A stretch of DNA of 64,000 nt from Candidatus Amesbacteria bacterium GW2011_GWB1_47_19 (GTDB lineage: Bacteria > Patescibacteriota > Microgenomatia > CAZETR01 > Amesbacteraceae). Location of the stretch: contig LCNZ01000006.1 in the NCBI GenBank assembly GCA_001002325.1, positions 130-64,129 on the forward strand. The letters are read 5' to 3'. Each line of letters begins with the position of its first letter. Position 1 is the first letter of the stretch. Positions 1-9,690 of this stretch are shown here, in pieces. The translations under genes were made by a program, and so were the position numbers. The notes below the pieces were generated by a model, which was not told where the DNA came from, searched no databases, and was given only the letters and a program-made list of their open reading frames with translations.

Positions 1-851
1 ATTTCGAGGACAAGACGGGGTCACCGGTGGAAACGATTGTAATCGATAACGCATCAACTGACGGATCGGCGGCGGCAATTAAGAAGAGGTATCCGAAAGT
101 AAAAGTCCTGATAAACAAAAAGAATACCGGATTTGCGGCGGCAAACAATCAAGGTATGGCAATAGCCCGGGGAGAATGGCTGCTGCTTTTGAATTCCGAC
201 GCTTTTGTCTTTCCGGACACATTGGTAAAAATGGTTGAGTTTACTGATACTAATCCGGAATGTGACGTGGCGGGATGCCAACTTTTAAATCAGGACTTAA
301 CCCTGCAACAATCGTGGGGATATTTTCCCACCCTGTCCCGCATTATCCTGTTTATGTCATTTATTGATAATTTTCCCGTCATCCGCAAGTATTTCAGGGC
401 TATTCATGTCCGGGATTTTTCCCGGTATACAAAGACCACGGAAGCGGACTGGGTGATGGGAGCGTTTGTCTGGTTAAAAAGAACGGTCCGGGAAAAGACC
501 GGCGGGTTGGATGAGAAGTATTTTATGTATGGGGAGGAAACGGAGTGGATGTACCGAATTAAAAAAGCGGGATTTAAAGTGTTCTTTACCCCGGCGGCAA
601 AATGTGTGCATCTTAAAGGTGCCAGTATCAAAAGCATGGCCAAAGCCTTTGCCGGGGAGGCAAAAGGTTATATCTACTGGTTTTCCAAACACAATCCGCG
701 GTGGCAGCAGATTATTCTGCCCTGGATCCTGATTTTCGGAGGGATTTATAAATCCATCGCCTGGAGAGTGTTGGATAATAAAGAATGGGCCGGGGCTAAT
801 TTTGCACTTTCCGGTGAAATATGGCGGGCCACTTTCGAGAAGTCCAGATAA
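1..851 (+). CDS. GT2 family glycosyltransferase, 5'-truncated by window edge
   Basis: The ORF is open back to nt 3. It begins inside the second GT2 motif (IVIDNASTDGS), so the N-terminal VIIPTYN-like motif lies upstream of the window. A DxD-type 'LLLNSDAF' motif is present. Confidence 0.75.
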   Translation, partial: FEDKTGSPVETIVIDNASTDGSAAAIKKRYPKVKVLINKKNTGFAAANNQGMAIARGEWLLLLNSDAFVFPDTLVKMVEFTDTNPECDVAGCQLLNQDLTLQQSWGYFPTLSRIILFMSFIDNFPVIRKYFRAIHVRDFSRYTKTTEADWVMGAFVWLKRTVREKTGGLDEKYFMYGEETEWMYRIKKAGFKVFFTPAAKCVHLKGASIKSMAKAFAGEAKGYIYWFSKHNPRWQQIILPWILIFGGIYKSIAWRVLDNKEWAGANFALSGEIWRATFEKSR

Positions 852-1695
852 TACCTGCAATGAGAGTGTGCTTTAGCCAACCGTTGTACCAGACTCCGGA
901 TTCGGTTTGATAACGCTGGAAGCTTTGAATCCGGTTGGGTAACTTCAGTAATTTTCGAAACGGATAAATTATTGATTCGATAAAATTCCGGTATTTTCCC
1001 TGACTCGATTTTCCGGAACTCATACCATGTTCATGAATTATGGATATACCCGGATGGAAGATAACCTGCAATCCTGAATTACGAATGCGGCGGCAATAAT
1101 CTAGGTCCTCATAGTACATAAATACACTTTCGGTAAAAGTACCGATCCTGGTAAAAGTGGATTTGGGTATAAACATACACCCCCCGGAGACGGCATTGAC
1201 GGTCACCGGAGAGTCCGAGTCGGGGGTAAATTTTGCAGTCAAGCCCTGTTGACCAAACCAATATTCGCGGATGGTATCGGAAACCGACGGTTCGGGGAAT
1301 ACCGATCCCTGGAGTGAGCCGTCAGGGTTTTTAAACCGCGGTCCGAGTACTCCCAGATCCGGATTAGTCCGGGCATATTCCAGAACAAAATCAAAAAAAT
1401 GCCGTGGAATTCGGGTATCCGGGTTCAATACCAGGTAATAATCACCGACAGCTGCAAAAATTCCCCGGTTGACGGCTTTCGGAAAACCGGAGTTTTCGGT
1501 ATTGGATATAAGTTTTACATTTTTGAATTTATCTTTTATCATTTGAACTGATCCGTCGGTAGAAGCATTGTCGACGACAATGACTTCCAGTCGGGGGTAA
1601 GCTGCTGCAAATACAGAATCCAGACAACGCGAAACAGACTCCCGGACATTCCAACTGACTATGATCACACTGATAACGGGACGGTTGACAACCAT
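796..1695 (-). CDS. GT2 family glycosyltransferase
   Basis: N-terminal 'ISVIIVSWN' and 'LEVIVVDNASTDGS' motifs and an 'YYEDLDY' motif are typical of GT-A fold GT2 enzymes. Confidence 0.8.
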   Translation of the reverse strand: MVVNRPVISVIIVSWNVRESVSRCLDSVFAAAYPRLEVIVVDNASTDGSVQMIKDKFKNVKLISNTENSGFPKAVNRGIFAAVGDYYLVLNPDTRIPRHFFDFVLEYARTNPDLGVLGPRFKNPDGSLQGSVFPEPSVSDTIREYWFGQQGLTAKFTPDSDSPVTVNAVSGGCMFIPKSTFTRIGTFTESVFMYYEDLDYCRRIRNSGLQVIFHPGISIIHEHGMSSGKSSQGKYRNFIESIIYPFRKLLKLPNRIQSFQRYQTESGVWYNGWLKHTLIAGIIWTSRKWPAIFHRKVQN

Positions 1696-1814
1696 TGGAA
1701 TATATTTTACTCTAGTGGCGGTATATCAGCGAAGTCTGTGCAACTCAGACACTGGGCCGCAACCGTAACAGCCGGGTCGCCTGATTACTTTAGCAACACC
1801 CCGTAGCCGGGTAT

Positions 1815-2219
1815 ATGAAAGTTAAAAAACTTCTTTTTCTTGTCGCGATACTGACGCTGGGGGTAGTGTTGTACAGGCCGATTACGGAGAATAGTTCAAG
1901 TCTGAGTCCAAGTCCGAAACCAAGTTTAAGTCAAAGTTCAAGTTTAAGAATAGACTACGGGGAAGGCAGAATAGTTGAAAATGTAATTACCGTTGCGTCG
2001 GAGGCATCGGTACTGGAGTCCCTCCGAAATTTACATGAAGTACAGATTAAGGAATTCGATTTCGGTAAACTGGTGGAGGTAATAGACGGAGTAAAATCCG
2101 GTGACGGAAAATATTGGATTTATTATGTAAACGGGACTATGGGACAGGTGGGAGCCAATCAATACCGGTTGAAACCGGGGGATAAAATTGAGTGGAAACT
2201 GGAGAAGGAGAAAAAATGA
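1815..2219 (+). CDS. secreted DUF4430-like (transcobalamin-like) small protein
   Basis: It has a signal peptide and a Ser/Pro-rich linker. The C-terminal 'YWIYYVNGTMGQVGANQYRLKPGDKIEWKL' matches the DUF4430 signature W.Y.VNG...G...Y.L..GD.I.W. Confidence 0.5.
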   Translation: MKVKKLLFLVAILTLGVVLYRPITENSSSLSPSPKPSLSQSSSLRIDYGEGRIVENVITVASEASVLESLRNLHEVQIKEFDFGKLVEVIDGVKSGDGKYWIYYVNGTMGQVGANQYRLKPGDKIEWKLEKEKK

Positions 2220-2755
2220 CAGTGTTGTTGATGATATGGGCGACGGTGGCTGTACGACTATTACCGCATCCGGCAAACTTCGCACCGATAGGTGCGATGG
2301 CATTGTTTTGCGGAACGTATTTGTCCGGAAAGAAAGCCCCGGCTGTCCCTTTGCTTGCCCTGCTGGTATCGGATGTTTTCCTGGGTTTCCATAGTACTAT
2401 GATCTGGGTTTACGGTAGTTTTTTTATGGGAGTCCTGATGGGGAAAAGACTTAAGAATCGGGTGAGTGCCTTACCGGTTGCCGGGGCAGCGATATTATTT
2501 TCCGTCCAGTTTTTTCTGATTACAAATTTCGGGGTGTGGGCGTCCTCCGGAATGTACCCCAAGACCATGATGGGTCTGGCGCAATCTTATGTGATGGGAA
2601 TTCCGTTTTTTAGAAATTCGCTGGCCGGTGATTTGTTTTACAGTGCGGTACTATTCGGAGGATATGCAGTTTGGGGACGGCTAAACTCTGTAAACAGCCG
2701 GTCGTCAGCGGTGCGGATGTATTTTTTCTCACGATTCCTGAAAATCAGAACCTGA
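2216..2755 (+). CDS. small polytopic membrane protein, ECF-transporter S-component-like
   Basis: About 180 aa with 5-6 predicted TM helices. The ATG at 2216 makes an ATGA overlap with the DUF4430 stop and follows a GGAGAAGGAG RBS. The ORF track's 2192 start is less likely. Confidence 0.4.
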   Translation: MTVLLMIWATVAVRLLPHPANFAPIGAMALFCGTYLSGKKAPAVPLLALLVSDVFLGFHSTMIWVYGSFFMGVLMGKRLKNRVSALPVAGAAILFSVQFFLITNFGVWASSGMYPKTMMGLAQSYVMGIPFFRNSLAGDLFYSAVLFGGYAVWGRLNSVNSRSSAVRMYFFSRFLKIRT

Positions 2756-3543
2756 GGCAGACGAACGACCGCCATTAATGCGGGGACGAGGAAGCCGGGG
2801 TGATGGGTGACACGGGAAATGAGAGATGAGATATGAGAAAGGAGATATTTGCGGTCCAGGTTTTTCCATTGGACCAGCAGAAAATTGCGTTCTTTTATCC
2901 GGTGTAAATACCCGGCAGGGAAAGCTTTGGGGTAGGCCGTTTCCCGAATATGGGATATTTTGGCCTCCGGGTCCCAGATAATGTTGTACCCCCGCTTGTG
3001 AGCCCTCCATCCCAGATCCAAATCCTCGTAATAACCCGGGGTAAGGCTTTCGTCAAATCCGCCCAATTCCCGCCACATCGATTTTCGAAACGCTGACCCC
3101 GCACCTGAAGCCCAAAACGAGGCGTGGATTCGATTGTCGCGGGTGCCGTCAGAAAATTCCAACATACCCTGATTTATATGAGCTGAAGCCCACGAATATT
3201 TTTGCTCATGGAAGGTGACGGCAAACAGACCAGATTGGGAAAAATGGGGAAGAACTGATTTTAAAAGATCAGATTCCGGCTTAACGTCCTGGTTTAAAAG
3301 GACAATAATATCTCCGGAGGCTTTTTTTACTCCTAAATTAACCGCTTTGGGGAAGCGGACGTTTTGCGACAGGGCGATAACTTTTACCAGCGGATAATTT
3401 CTCGTAATGTATCCGGCAGTTCCGTCTGTCGAGGCATCATCCACAACTATCACTTCCCCGGCTTTAAGGGCCAGCACTGTGTCCAAGTTGGACTTTATAA
3501 ATTCCAAGCCGTTATAGGCGGGAATTATAACAGATACTGTCAC
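2638..3543 (-). CDS. GT2 family glycosyltransferase
   Basis: 'VSVIIPAYNGLEFI', 'VIVVDDASTDGT' and 'YYEDLDLGWR' motifs. Confidence 0.8.
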   Translation of the reverse strand: MTVSVIIPAYNGLEFIKSNLDTVLALKAGEVIVVDDASTDGTAGYITRNYPLVKVIALSQNVRFPKAVNLGVKKASGDIIVLLNQDVKPESDLLKSVLPHFSQSGLFAVTFHEQKYSWASAHINQGMLEFSDGTRDNRIHASFWASGAGSAFRKSMWRELGGFDESLTPGYYEDLDLGWRAHKRGYNIIWDPEAKISHIRETAYPKAFPAGYLHRIKERNFLLVQWKNLDRKYLLSHISSLISRVTHHPGFLVPALMAVVRLPQVLIFRNREKKYIRTADDRLFTEFSRPQTAYPPNSTAL

Positions 3544-5921
3544 GATGCTGATTTTAGCTTTTTAAAAGCGATAAGCAAACTTACGACAGTGATCATGAAA
3601 CCGGCTGTGAAACTGGCGGGAAAGTAGGAAAAAGTGACCGTGTGAGTACCTGCCGGTAATAACACTGCCCGAAAGTTTCCGAATGCCGTCATGACGGTGG
3701 TGGGGTTTCCGTCGATATCGGCTTTCCAACCGGGATAATTGGAGTCTGTCAATAAAAGTAAGGAGTCAGCGCCGGTGGAGGCGGAGATACGGACCCTGTC
3801 CGGCTGATAGGAAGTGATTTCCACCCGGTCATTCTCCCCCACCCCCAGAGGTATACCGGGGTCGCGGTCAATAATAATCCTTTTGGTGAAATCATAACCT
3901 TGGGCGAGCAATTGGATTGCAGAAACGGAATCAGACCGGACATCAAATCCTGAATATAATTTGACCCGCGGTAAAACCCGGATATTTTCCAGAACTACCG
4001 AGGCTCCGTCCGTGAATTTGGGGATAAATTGGGCCGTGGATATCCGGTAATCGGTGAAAATACCGTCCGGGGTAACATGACCTTCCGCATCTTTTTTGAC
4101 TGCCAACAAATATTTGACGCCGGCCAGGTTCATTAATTGCGAATCATAACTATCATTTTCGGCATAACGGGTGAAATAGCGGGGAGGGAAATCTCTCATA
4201 GCCGACTGGGTAGCCGCCGGTCCGGTGGCATAAAGATGATAAAACCAGGCATAAGTTTTGGGATACAGCGGATCATATCCAGAGGGGGTCATGAGTCTGA
4301 AATAGGTCCAGGTATTGGGCGGCAGGGAAGTCTTTTTTTCCCGTTCCATCCGATAATTGCCGATATTTTGAGAAATATAATCGATCACCGGGAGGGATGT
4401 CTTTGTAAACCCGGCGGGCGAAAACGGGGTAAATTTGACTGCAAACCGCAATAAATCGAGAGAAATCAGCAGCATAAATAGCCAGGGCTTTAGACGTTTA
4501 GGCAGGGGCAGGAATAAAATTAAACACAATCCGGACAATAACATTACCGGAACCAGGGTATTGCGGAGTCCGATGCGGTAATGACCGGCCATGGCAACAA
4601 TCCCGGCAATGTCGGCACCCGAGGAGTTGAACGTCCTGACCACAAAATATAAACCGATGATCAAGCCGGATAAAGCAGCCACGGTAAACATCGGGATGCG
4701 GAAAAACCGGGCAGGTTTTTTGGACCAGGCATCAATACCCAAACCAGCTAATACGGCACCGGCAAAAGTAGTCAGAATCAACCATCGGGATGCATAACCG
4801 GTGGACAATCCCGGCAGGGAAAACCGGTAAACTGATTGGGACACCGGGTTTTTGAACGCCAGGAGCAGAGTAGCAAGAAATACCAGGGTGAAAAAGCGGC
4901 GGTGGAATCCGGTCTGAGCTTTTGTAATTCCCCAAACAGCGAAACATATGGCAATAACGGAAAAGTACCCGGCTGTCTCCTGATAACCCATAAATCCCCA
5001 AAAATTCTGAGTTGAAGGGTTACCGAAAAAATCCGGGGACCATAAAGTGATCAGATTTTTCAGCGGCAGAAGACCGTAAGAATACTCGATGATGTTGTGA
5101 TCCAGGCTGCGGATTGATAACCCCAACAGTTCCCAGGTTGGTAATAACTGCAAAGCTGCTGTGCCCACTCCCCAGAGCAAAATCAGCCCGGGGAGTATCA
5201 ATCGCGGCAGCCTGCGGGGGGAGGGTGACCGCCACATGAAGTAAACAGCGCAGACAATAAGGAAATAAACGGCAGGCTGGAAAAAACCTCCGGTAAAGAC
5301 GAAAAATAAAATCAGGGGTAGGATGTAGAGGAAGCGGAAATTACGGGTATTAACAAATTTTTCCCACAATAACAATGCCAACGGCAGCCACATGATAATC
5401 TGTCCGGTAGTAGCATATTCCAAATAAGTCATCATGAAGCCGGAAAAGGCGAATACGATACCTCCTGTAAGTGAGGCAGCACGGGACGCATGGATTACCC
5501 GCAGATAGAAATACATGAAGAGTACGGATAGCAGGAGCTGTAAAAAAAGAAGGGTCGACCAGCCCCATACCGGGCCCAGCAGCAGAAGGAATAGGTTAAG
5601 GGGATAGAACGGGGCGGACTGCCAATTGGCCAAAAGCGGAGTGCCGGAGAAGGAATAAGGATTCCATAACGGCAGGTGTCCATGGCGCATCATGTCCGCC
5701 GCCAGAGTTCGCCAGGGGTAGAGCTGGGAAAACACATCGCTGAGGGAGGCGTTCTTGTAGGGCACACCCACAACGTATCCCCATTTATAATCCAGCCAGG
5801 GATAATAACCCCCTACCATGACATCAAGCGGCAGGGGAATCCGACCGGAAAACACCGGGCGGAAAAATATGAGAGGCAGAAACAAGATAAATGTGACTAT
5901 CCAAAAAAGAGGTTTGCCCAT
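3540..5921 (-). CDS. YfhO-like large integral membrane protein (GT-C fold, putative lipid-linked sugar transferase)
   Basis: 793 aa. The N-terminal half has about 12 TM helices with a 'HGHLPLWNPYSFSGTPLLANWQSAPFYP' loop motif. A C-terminal extracytoplasmic domain is followed by a terminal TM. This architecture fits YfhO/PF10131-type proteins. Confidence 0.5.
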   Translation of the reverse strand: MGKPLFWIVTFILFLPLIFFRPVFSGRIPLPLDVMVGGYYPWLDYKWGYVVGVPYKNASLSDVFSQLYPWRTLAADMMRHGHLPLWNPYSFSGTPLLANWQSAPFYPLNLFLLLLGPVWGWSTLLFLQLLLSVLFMYFYLRVIHASRAASLTGGIVFAFSGFMMTYLEYATTGQIIMWLPLALLLWEKFVNTRNFRFLYILPLILFFVFTGGFFQPAVYFLIVCAVYFMWRSPSPRRLPRLILPGLILLWGVGTAALQLLPTWELLGLSIRSLDHNIIEYSYGLLPLKNLITLWSPDFFGNPSTQNFWGFMGYQETAGYFSVIAICFAVWGITKAQTGFHRRFFTLVFLATLLLAFKNPVSQSVYRFSLPGLSTGYASRWLILTTFAGAVLAGLGIDAWSKKPARFFRIPMFTVAALSGLIIGLYFVVRTFNSSGADIAGIVAMAGHYRIGLRNTLVPVMLLSGLCLILFLPLPKRLKPWLFMLLISLDLLRFAVKFTPFSPAGFTKTSLPVIDYISQNIGNYRMEREKKTSLPPNTWTYFRLMTPSGYDPLYPKTYAWFYHLYATGPAATQSAMRDFPPRYFTRYAENDSYDSQLMNLAGVKYLLAVKKDAEGHVTPDGIFTDYRISTAQFIPKFTDGASVVLENIRVLPRVKLYSGFDVRSDSVSAIQLLAQGYDFTKRIIIDRDPGIPLGVGENDRVEITSYQPDRVRISASTGADSLLLLTDSNYPGWKADIDGNPTTVMTAFGNFRAVLLPAGTHTVTFSYFPASFTAGFMITVVSLLIAFKKLKSAS

Positions 5922-5943
5922 AATATGAGATAATTCTACTATT

Positions 5944-6678
5944 ATGCCATTTTTAACTGTGGTGGTACCGGTTTATAACGAGAGTCAACGGGTGTGGCAT
6001 CTGCGTGAAATTCTGGCATATTTTTCAGGAAAAGGATTTAATTTTGAAGTGATTGTGGTTGATGACGGGAGCACGGACAATACAGCGGAGGAAGTCCGCC
6101 GGATCTTCAAAAAGTATCCTTCCAAGCTTGTAAAAATAGTATCATACCCGCATAACCGGGGTAAGGGATTTGCCGTCAAAACTGGGATGCTGGCCGGAAA
6201 AGGTAAATACAGCCTTTTTACCGACATTGACTTATCCACTCCGGTGAGTGAATGGGATAAGCTGGCGCCGTTTCTGACCAGTGACGATGTGATTATCGGA
6301 GTCAGACGCCGACCGGGAGCGAAAATACTGGTTCACCAACCTCTGATTCGGGAGTGGCTGGGGCGGGGATTTACGAAATTGTCCCAGTGGATAGCGGGTT
6401 ACCCGATTTCGGATTTCACTTGCGGGTTTAAATGTTTTAACCGCGAAGCAGTGGATTTGATCTTTCCTAAACTTACAATATCCGGGTGGGGTTTTGATAC
6501 CCAGGTACTATATCTGGCTGTGAAAAAGGGTCTGAAAATAAGAGAGGTGCCAATGGTATGGAAAAATGACGGTATGACTAAAGTTAAATTAGCCAAAGAT
6601 ATTTTCGGGTCGCTTCGTGATTTAATCAGAGTCCGGATGACGGATCTGAGAGACCAAAAACAATCCGGAAGCAGCTAA
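5944..6678 (+). CDS. Dpm1/GtrB-like GT2 polyprenol-phosphate glycosyltransferase, soluble
   Basis: 'LTVVVPVYNE', 'EVIVVDDGSTDNT' and 'FTDIDLSTP' (DxD) motifs. Confidence 0.75.
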   Translation: MPFLTVVVPVYNESQRVWHLREILAYFSGKGFNFEVIVVDDGSTDNTAEEVRRIFKKYPSKLVKIVSYPHNRGKGFAVKTGMLAGKGKYSLFTDIDLSTPVSEWDKLAPFLTSDDVIIGVRRRPGAKILVHQPLIREWLGRGFTKLSQWIAGYPISDFTCGFKCFNREAVDLIFPKLTISGWGFDTQVLYLAVKKGLKIREVPMVWKNDGMTKVKLAKDIFGSLRDLIRVRMTDLRDQKQSGSS

Positions 6679-7806
6679 TATTCCCCGGGCAATGGAGATT
6701 GCCGTACCCGCCGGATAGAACCGATTCATCCAATCAAAGAAACTAAAATTAATGCCGAATAATCCCAGATGTAATGAAGGTTCGAATCCCAGTATAATTA
6801 TTAAATAAGAGAGCATTATAATCAGAGTCGGAAATTTTAGACGAGGATTGCGAATATATAAAAGTAGAAGGAAAGGGGTAACCCAGACAAACCATTGGGG
6901 ATGAAAATGGGTAACCGAGTAAAACAGAAGAAGCAGTGCACTGAACCATCCGGAAAGTGATAAATCGCCAGGCTTTAACCATTGCCACCAGTAAATCAAT
7001 ACCAGACCCAATACAAAAAGGGGTATGAACTGAGATCCGGAGACCATAATTTTGGCATACACTATTTTGTCAGACAGGCCCGCCAGAAGCGCATATTGTC
7101 TGAATCCCGAAGATGCAAGATACGGAATTATAATCACCAGATAAGTCAATAGTCCGACAATAATATTTTTTAACTTTGGTCCGGGGAGCAGGGGTAGAAA
7201 AAACAACGGCAGGGGTTTGAAACCTGCAGCCAGTCCGATGCAGACGGCTGCCAGAAGTGATTTGCGTTTGGATAAATACACAGCCAACAGCAAGAATAAA
7301 GCGATAAAGATATCGAATTGGCCGATCATGTATGAGACGTAAATATTTACAGGGTTAAAAATCCAGAGCAAGCTGCCTGAAATTTTTAATTTGTCTGGTA
7401 ATAACCGGTAAATCAGCAGCAGACAGAGAATATCCGCCAGCAAATACGGCAGTTTTAATAACAGCAGCAAGAACGGCAACCCGGGATCCGATCTTAACTG
7501 ACCGATATCGGATATAAGGGTATTAAAAGCTGAGTGAGGATAAAGGGGTGATAGAAAAAAATTGAAAAGAGCATGGGTCAGATACGCTAAAGGCGGATAA
7601 ATAAACAGTCCGTCTCCATAAAGTTTTACCAAGGGATCGGTCCGCGGCTGACGGCTGAGATAGTTATAAAAATCTAAAATTTGACCTTTGTGAACGATTA
7701 TATCTGCGGCAAAATTAACAGCCCGGAAATCCGGATGCAGGGTAACGGGCATCAGTACCAACCTGAGACTAAGTCCGAGTATCAACCAGGGAAGCATATT
7801 TTTCAT
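6622..7806 (-). CDS. polytopic membrane protein, possible GT87/DUF2029-like GT-C glycosyltransferase
   Basis: 394 aa, at least 9 TM helices, N-terminal 'HPDFRAVNFAADII' loop. Confidence 0.4.
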   Translation of the reverse strand: MKNMLPWLILGLSLRLVLMPVTLHPDFRAVNFAADIIVHKGQILDFYNYLSRQPRTDPLVKLYGDGLFIYPPLAYLTHALFNFFLSPLYPHSAFNTLISDIGQLRSDPGLPFLLLLLKLPYLLADILCLLLIYRLLPDKLKISGSLLWIFNPVNIYVSYMIGQFDIFIALFLLLAVYLSKRKSLLAAVCIGLAAGFKPLPLFFLPLLPGPKLKNIIVGLLTYLVIIIPYLASSGFRQYALLAGLSDKIVYAKIMVSGSQFIPLFVLGLVLIYWWQWLKPGDLSLSGWFSALLLLFYSVTHFHPQWFVWVTPFLLLLYIRNPRLKFPTLIIMLSYLIIILGFEPSLHLGLFGINFSFFDWMNRFYPAGTAISIARGILAASGLFLVSQIRHPDSD

Positions 7807-8837
7807 AGTATTAAAAGTTCCTCAAATTTCCGATTAAACTTGCTGATATCGAATATTTTACTCCTGGTGCGGGCGGCAAGGGAAAGATGACCAAGTTTAT
7901 TTGGGTCTTTGATTATTTGAAGCGTTAAATCCGCGAGCTGACCGGGTTGATCCCACAAGAAACCGTTAAGATTATGGTCAACAATTTCCTTATGACCTCC
8001 GTGGTTGGTGACCAACGGCACACAACCGGCCGCCATAGCCTCGACCAGGCTGATTCCGAAATGTTCGGTTTTAGCCGGATCTTTAATTTCGTCTGCATAG
8101 TAACCACTGGCAGACCAGAAGATTTTTGAATGGGAATACATTTCCCGTATCCGGGTAAATTCCGGGTCGGTGATAATGGTTAAAGGGAGATTACCTGCCT
8201 GCTGCTGCAGCTTTTTTAATTGTCCCGGAGCTGTTCCTACCCTGGTACCACCGGCTATGATTAATTCCCAACCGGAAATTTTTGAGTAGATTTGTTTAAA
8301 GACGTCGATCAATAAGGCGTGACCTTTGGCCTGTGTCAAATCGGAAAAACGCCCTAAATAAAGAATAGTGTTTGTTTTTTTACCCGGTTTAAACTTTGAG
8401 GTATCTATTGGCGGGTATACGACTGTACTGTTAATCCTGAACTCAGGATCGACAACGGATTTGGTAAATTTAGAGTTGACAACAAAAGTATAGAAGCGTG
8501 ATTTAATCAGATTGGTAAATATTTTACCCCCGACGTTTTTAAACGGGAATTGAAAATGGATTAAAGTTTTTTTGGCCAGAGAGGTGGGCAGACTACCGTC
8601 AGAAAGCCAGAATACGAGTTGATAGTGATTAGTGATTAGTGAATAGGGGGTAGAAGAAATAAAATTTACTCCGGAGATGTCTATTCCGAAACGGAGATTA
8701 ATCTCAGGAGAAATGTCTCGCGGCCAGAGAATGTCCACCTGCCAACCGGAATCCTGTAGCAGTTTCACGAACGAGGCTGTGTACCGCTCTCCCCCTCCCA
8801 TGGTTTCCCAATAAGGATTGTAAACCGCCGCACGCAT
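7803..8837 (-). CDS. GT4 family glycosyltransferase (GT-B fold)
   Basis: C-terminal 'FGISLVEAMAAGCVPLVTNHGGHKEIV' carries the E-x7-E motif typical of GT4. Confidence 0.8.
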   Translation of the reverse strand: MRAAVYNPYWETMGGGERYTASFVKLLQDSGWQVDILWPRDISPEINLRFGIDISGVNFISSTPYSLITNHYQLVFWLSDGSLPTSLAKKTLIHFQFPFKNVGGKIFTNLIKSRFYTFVVNSKFTKSVVDPEFRINSTVVYPPIDTSKFKPGKKTNTILYLGRFSDLTQAKGHALLIDVFKQIYSKISGWELIIAGGTRVGTAPGQLKKLQQQAGNLPLTIITDPEFTRIREMYSHSKIFWSASGYYADEIKDPAKTEHFGISLVEAMAAGCVPLVTNHGGHKEIVDHNLNGFLWDQPGQLADLTLQIIKDPNKLGHLSLAARTRSKIFDISKFNRKFEELLIL

Positions 8838-8918
8838 GAATATATCTTAACAAAAAGTTACGACCAGAGAGGGATTATATAGGAGGCTCTGCCTGCCCGG
8901 GAAACGTAAATCGGTTGT

Positions 8919-9689
8919 TTAAGACTGGGGGGAATGATCTGATTTTACAATATTTTGCATTTCCCAGAGTCGGGCGTAAATTATAAACATATTGAAAACT
9001 TGAAAAATGCCGTCGATGACGCCTTCGGTTCCGTCCCGCCAGGCTCCCAGCTTTACAAACCGCAGCCAGAATTCCGTATACATGACCCGCAAAAACCTCC
9101 AGACTACCATCGGGGGATGACCGGAATCAAATCTTAGCCGGGCTTCGTATACCGTAAATAAGAGAGTTTTATCGACCATTGACGAAAGATCCCGGTGTGA
9201 GAAATGAATCAAGGCTTCTGAAAGTTTCTCCAACTTACCCGAATATACCGGCTGCTCGTGCAGGGGATACTGCCATTTTTCTAACTTTGATTTATTAAAC
9301 AATCTGATAACATAATCATTCCCCCAACCTCCATGTTGCATGTGACGACCCAGGTAGATATTTTTCCGCAATAGGGCATAAGCCCCCACAGGTGAACCGT
9401 CGGATATTGCAGTTTGTACCTCGCGACGCAGTAACGGACTGACGCGCTCATCGGCATCCACGTAAAGAATCCAGTCGCCTTCAGCCGCATACAGTCCCTT
9501 GTTTCTGAACGCGGAAAAATCATCACCCCGGACTTTGACTACGCGGGCACCGCGGGATTTCGCAACGGTAATCGTATTATCAGTACTGCCGCTGTCGACT
9601 ACTATGATTTCGTCGGCGAAAGAAAGCGACATCAGACAGTCACCGATCAATTTTTCCTCGTTTTCAGCGATAACAATTGCGGAAAGCAT
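8919..9689 (-). CDS. GT2 family glycosyltransferase
   Basis: 'LSAIVIAENEE', 'IIVVDSGSTDNT' and 'YVDADERV' motifs. The start was moved to the internal ATG at 9689 (MLSAIV), which abuts the upstream gene's stop. Confidence 0.7.
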   Translation of the reverse strand: MLSAIVIAENEEKLIGDCLMSLSFADEIIVVDSGSTDNTITVAKSRGARVVKVRGDDFSAFRNKGLYAAEGDWILYVDADERVSPLLRREVQTAISDGSPVGAYALLRKNIYLGRHMQHGGWGNDYVIRLFNKSKLEKWQYPLHEQPVYSGKLEKLSEALIHFSHRDLSSMVDKTLLFTVYEARLRFDSGHPPMVVWRFLRVMYTEFWLRFVKLGAWRDGTEGVIDGIFQVFNMFIIYARLWEMQNIVKSDHSPQS

Positions 9690-9690
9690 A

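Noticed and set aside
1860-1960. Low-complexity 'agtccaagtccgaaaccaagtttaagtcaaagttcaagttt' stretch
   Set aside because: It encodes a Ser/Pro/Lys linker after the signal peptide of the DUF4430-like protein. This is ordinary linker composition.
2638-2755. 118-nt convergent overlap between the ECF-S-like gene and a GT2 gene; also a 56-nt overlap at 796-851
   Set aside because: Most likely one C-terminal extension is non-functional or reflects a local sequencing frameshift. It is not interpretable from sequence alone.
6771-6790. 'ggttcgaatccc' T-arm-like string, suggesting a tRNA
   Set aside because: The flanking sequence cannot form T-stem, anticodon or acceptor stems. It lies inside a long, well-supported membrane-protein ORF.
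8600-8660. Short 'tgattag tgattag tgaata' tandem
   Set aside because: It is only two to three copies of 7 nt inside a GT4 coding region, which is too short to be meaningful.
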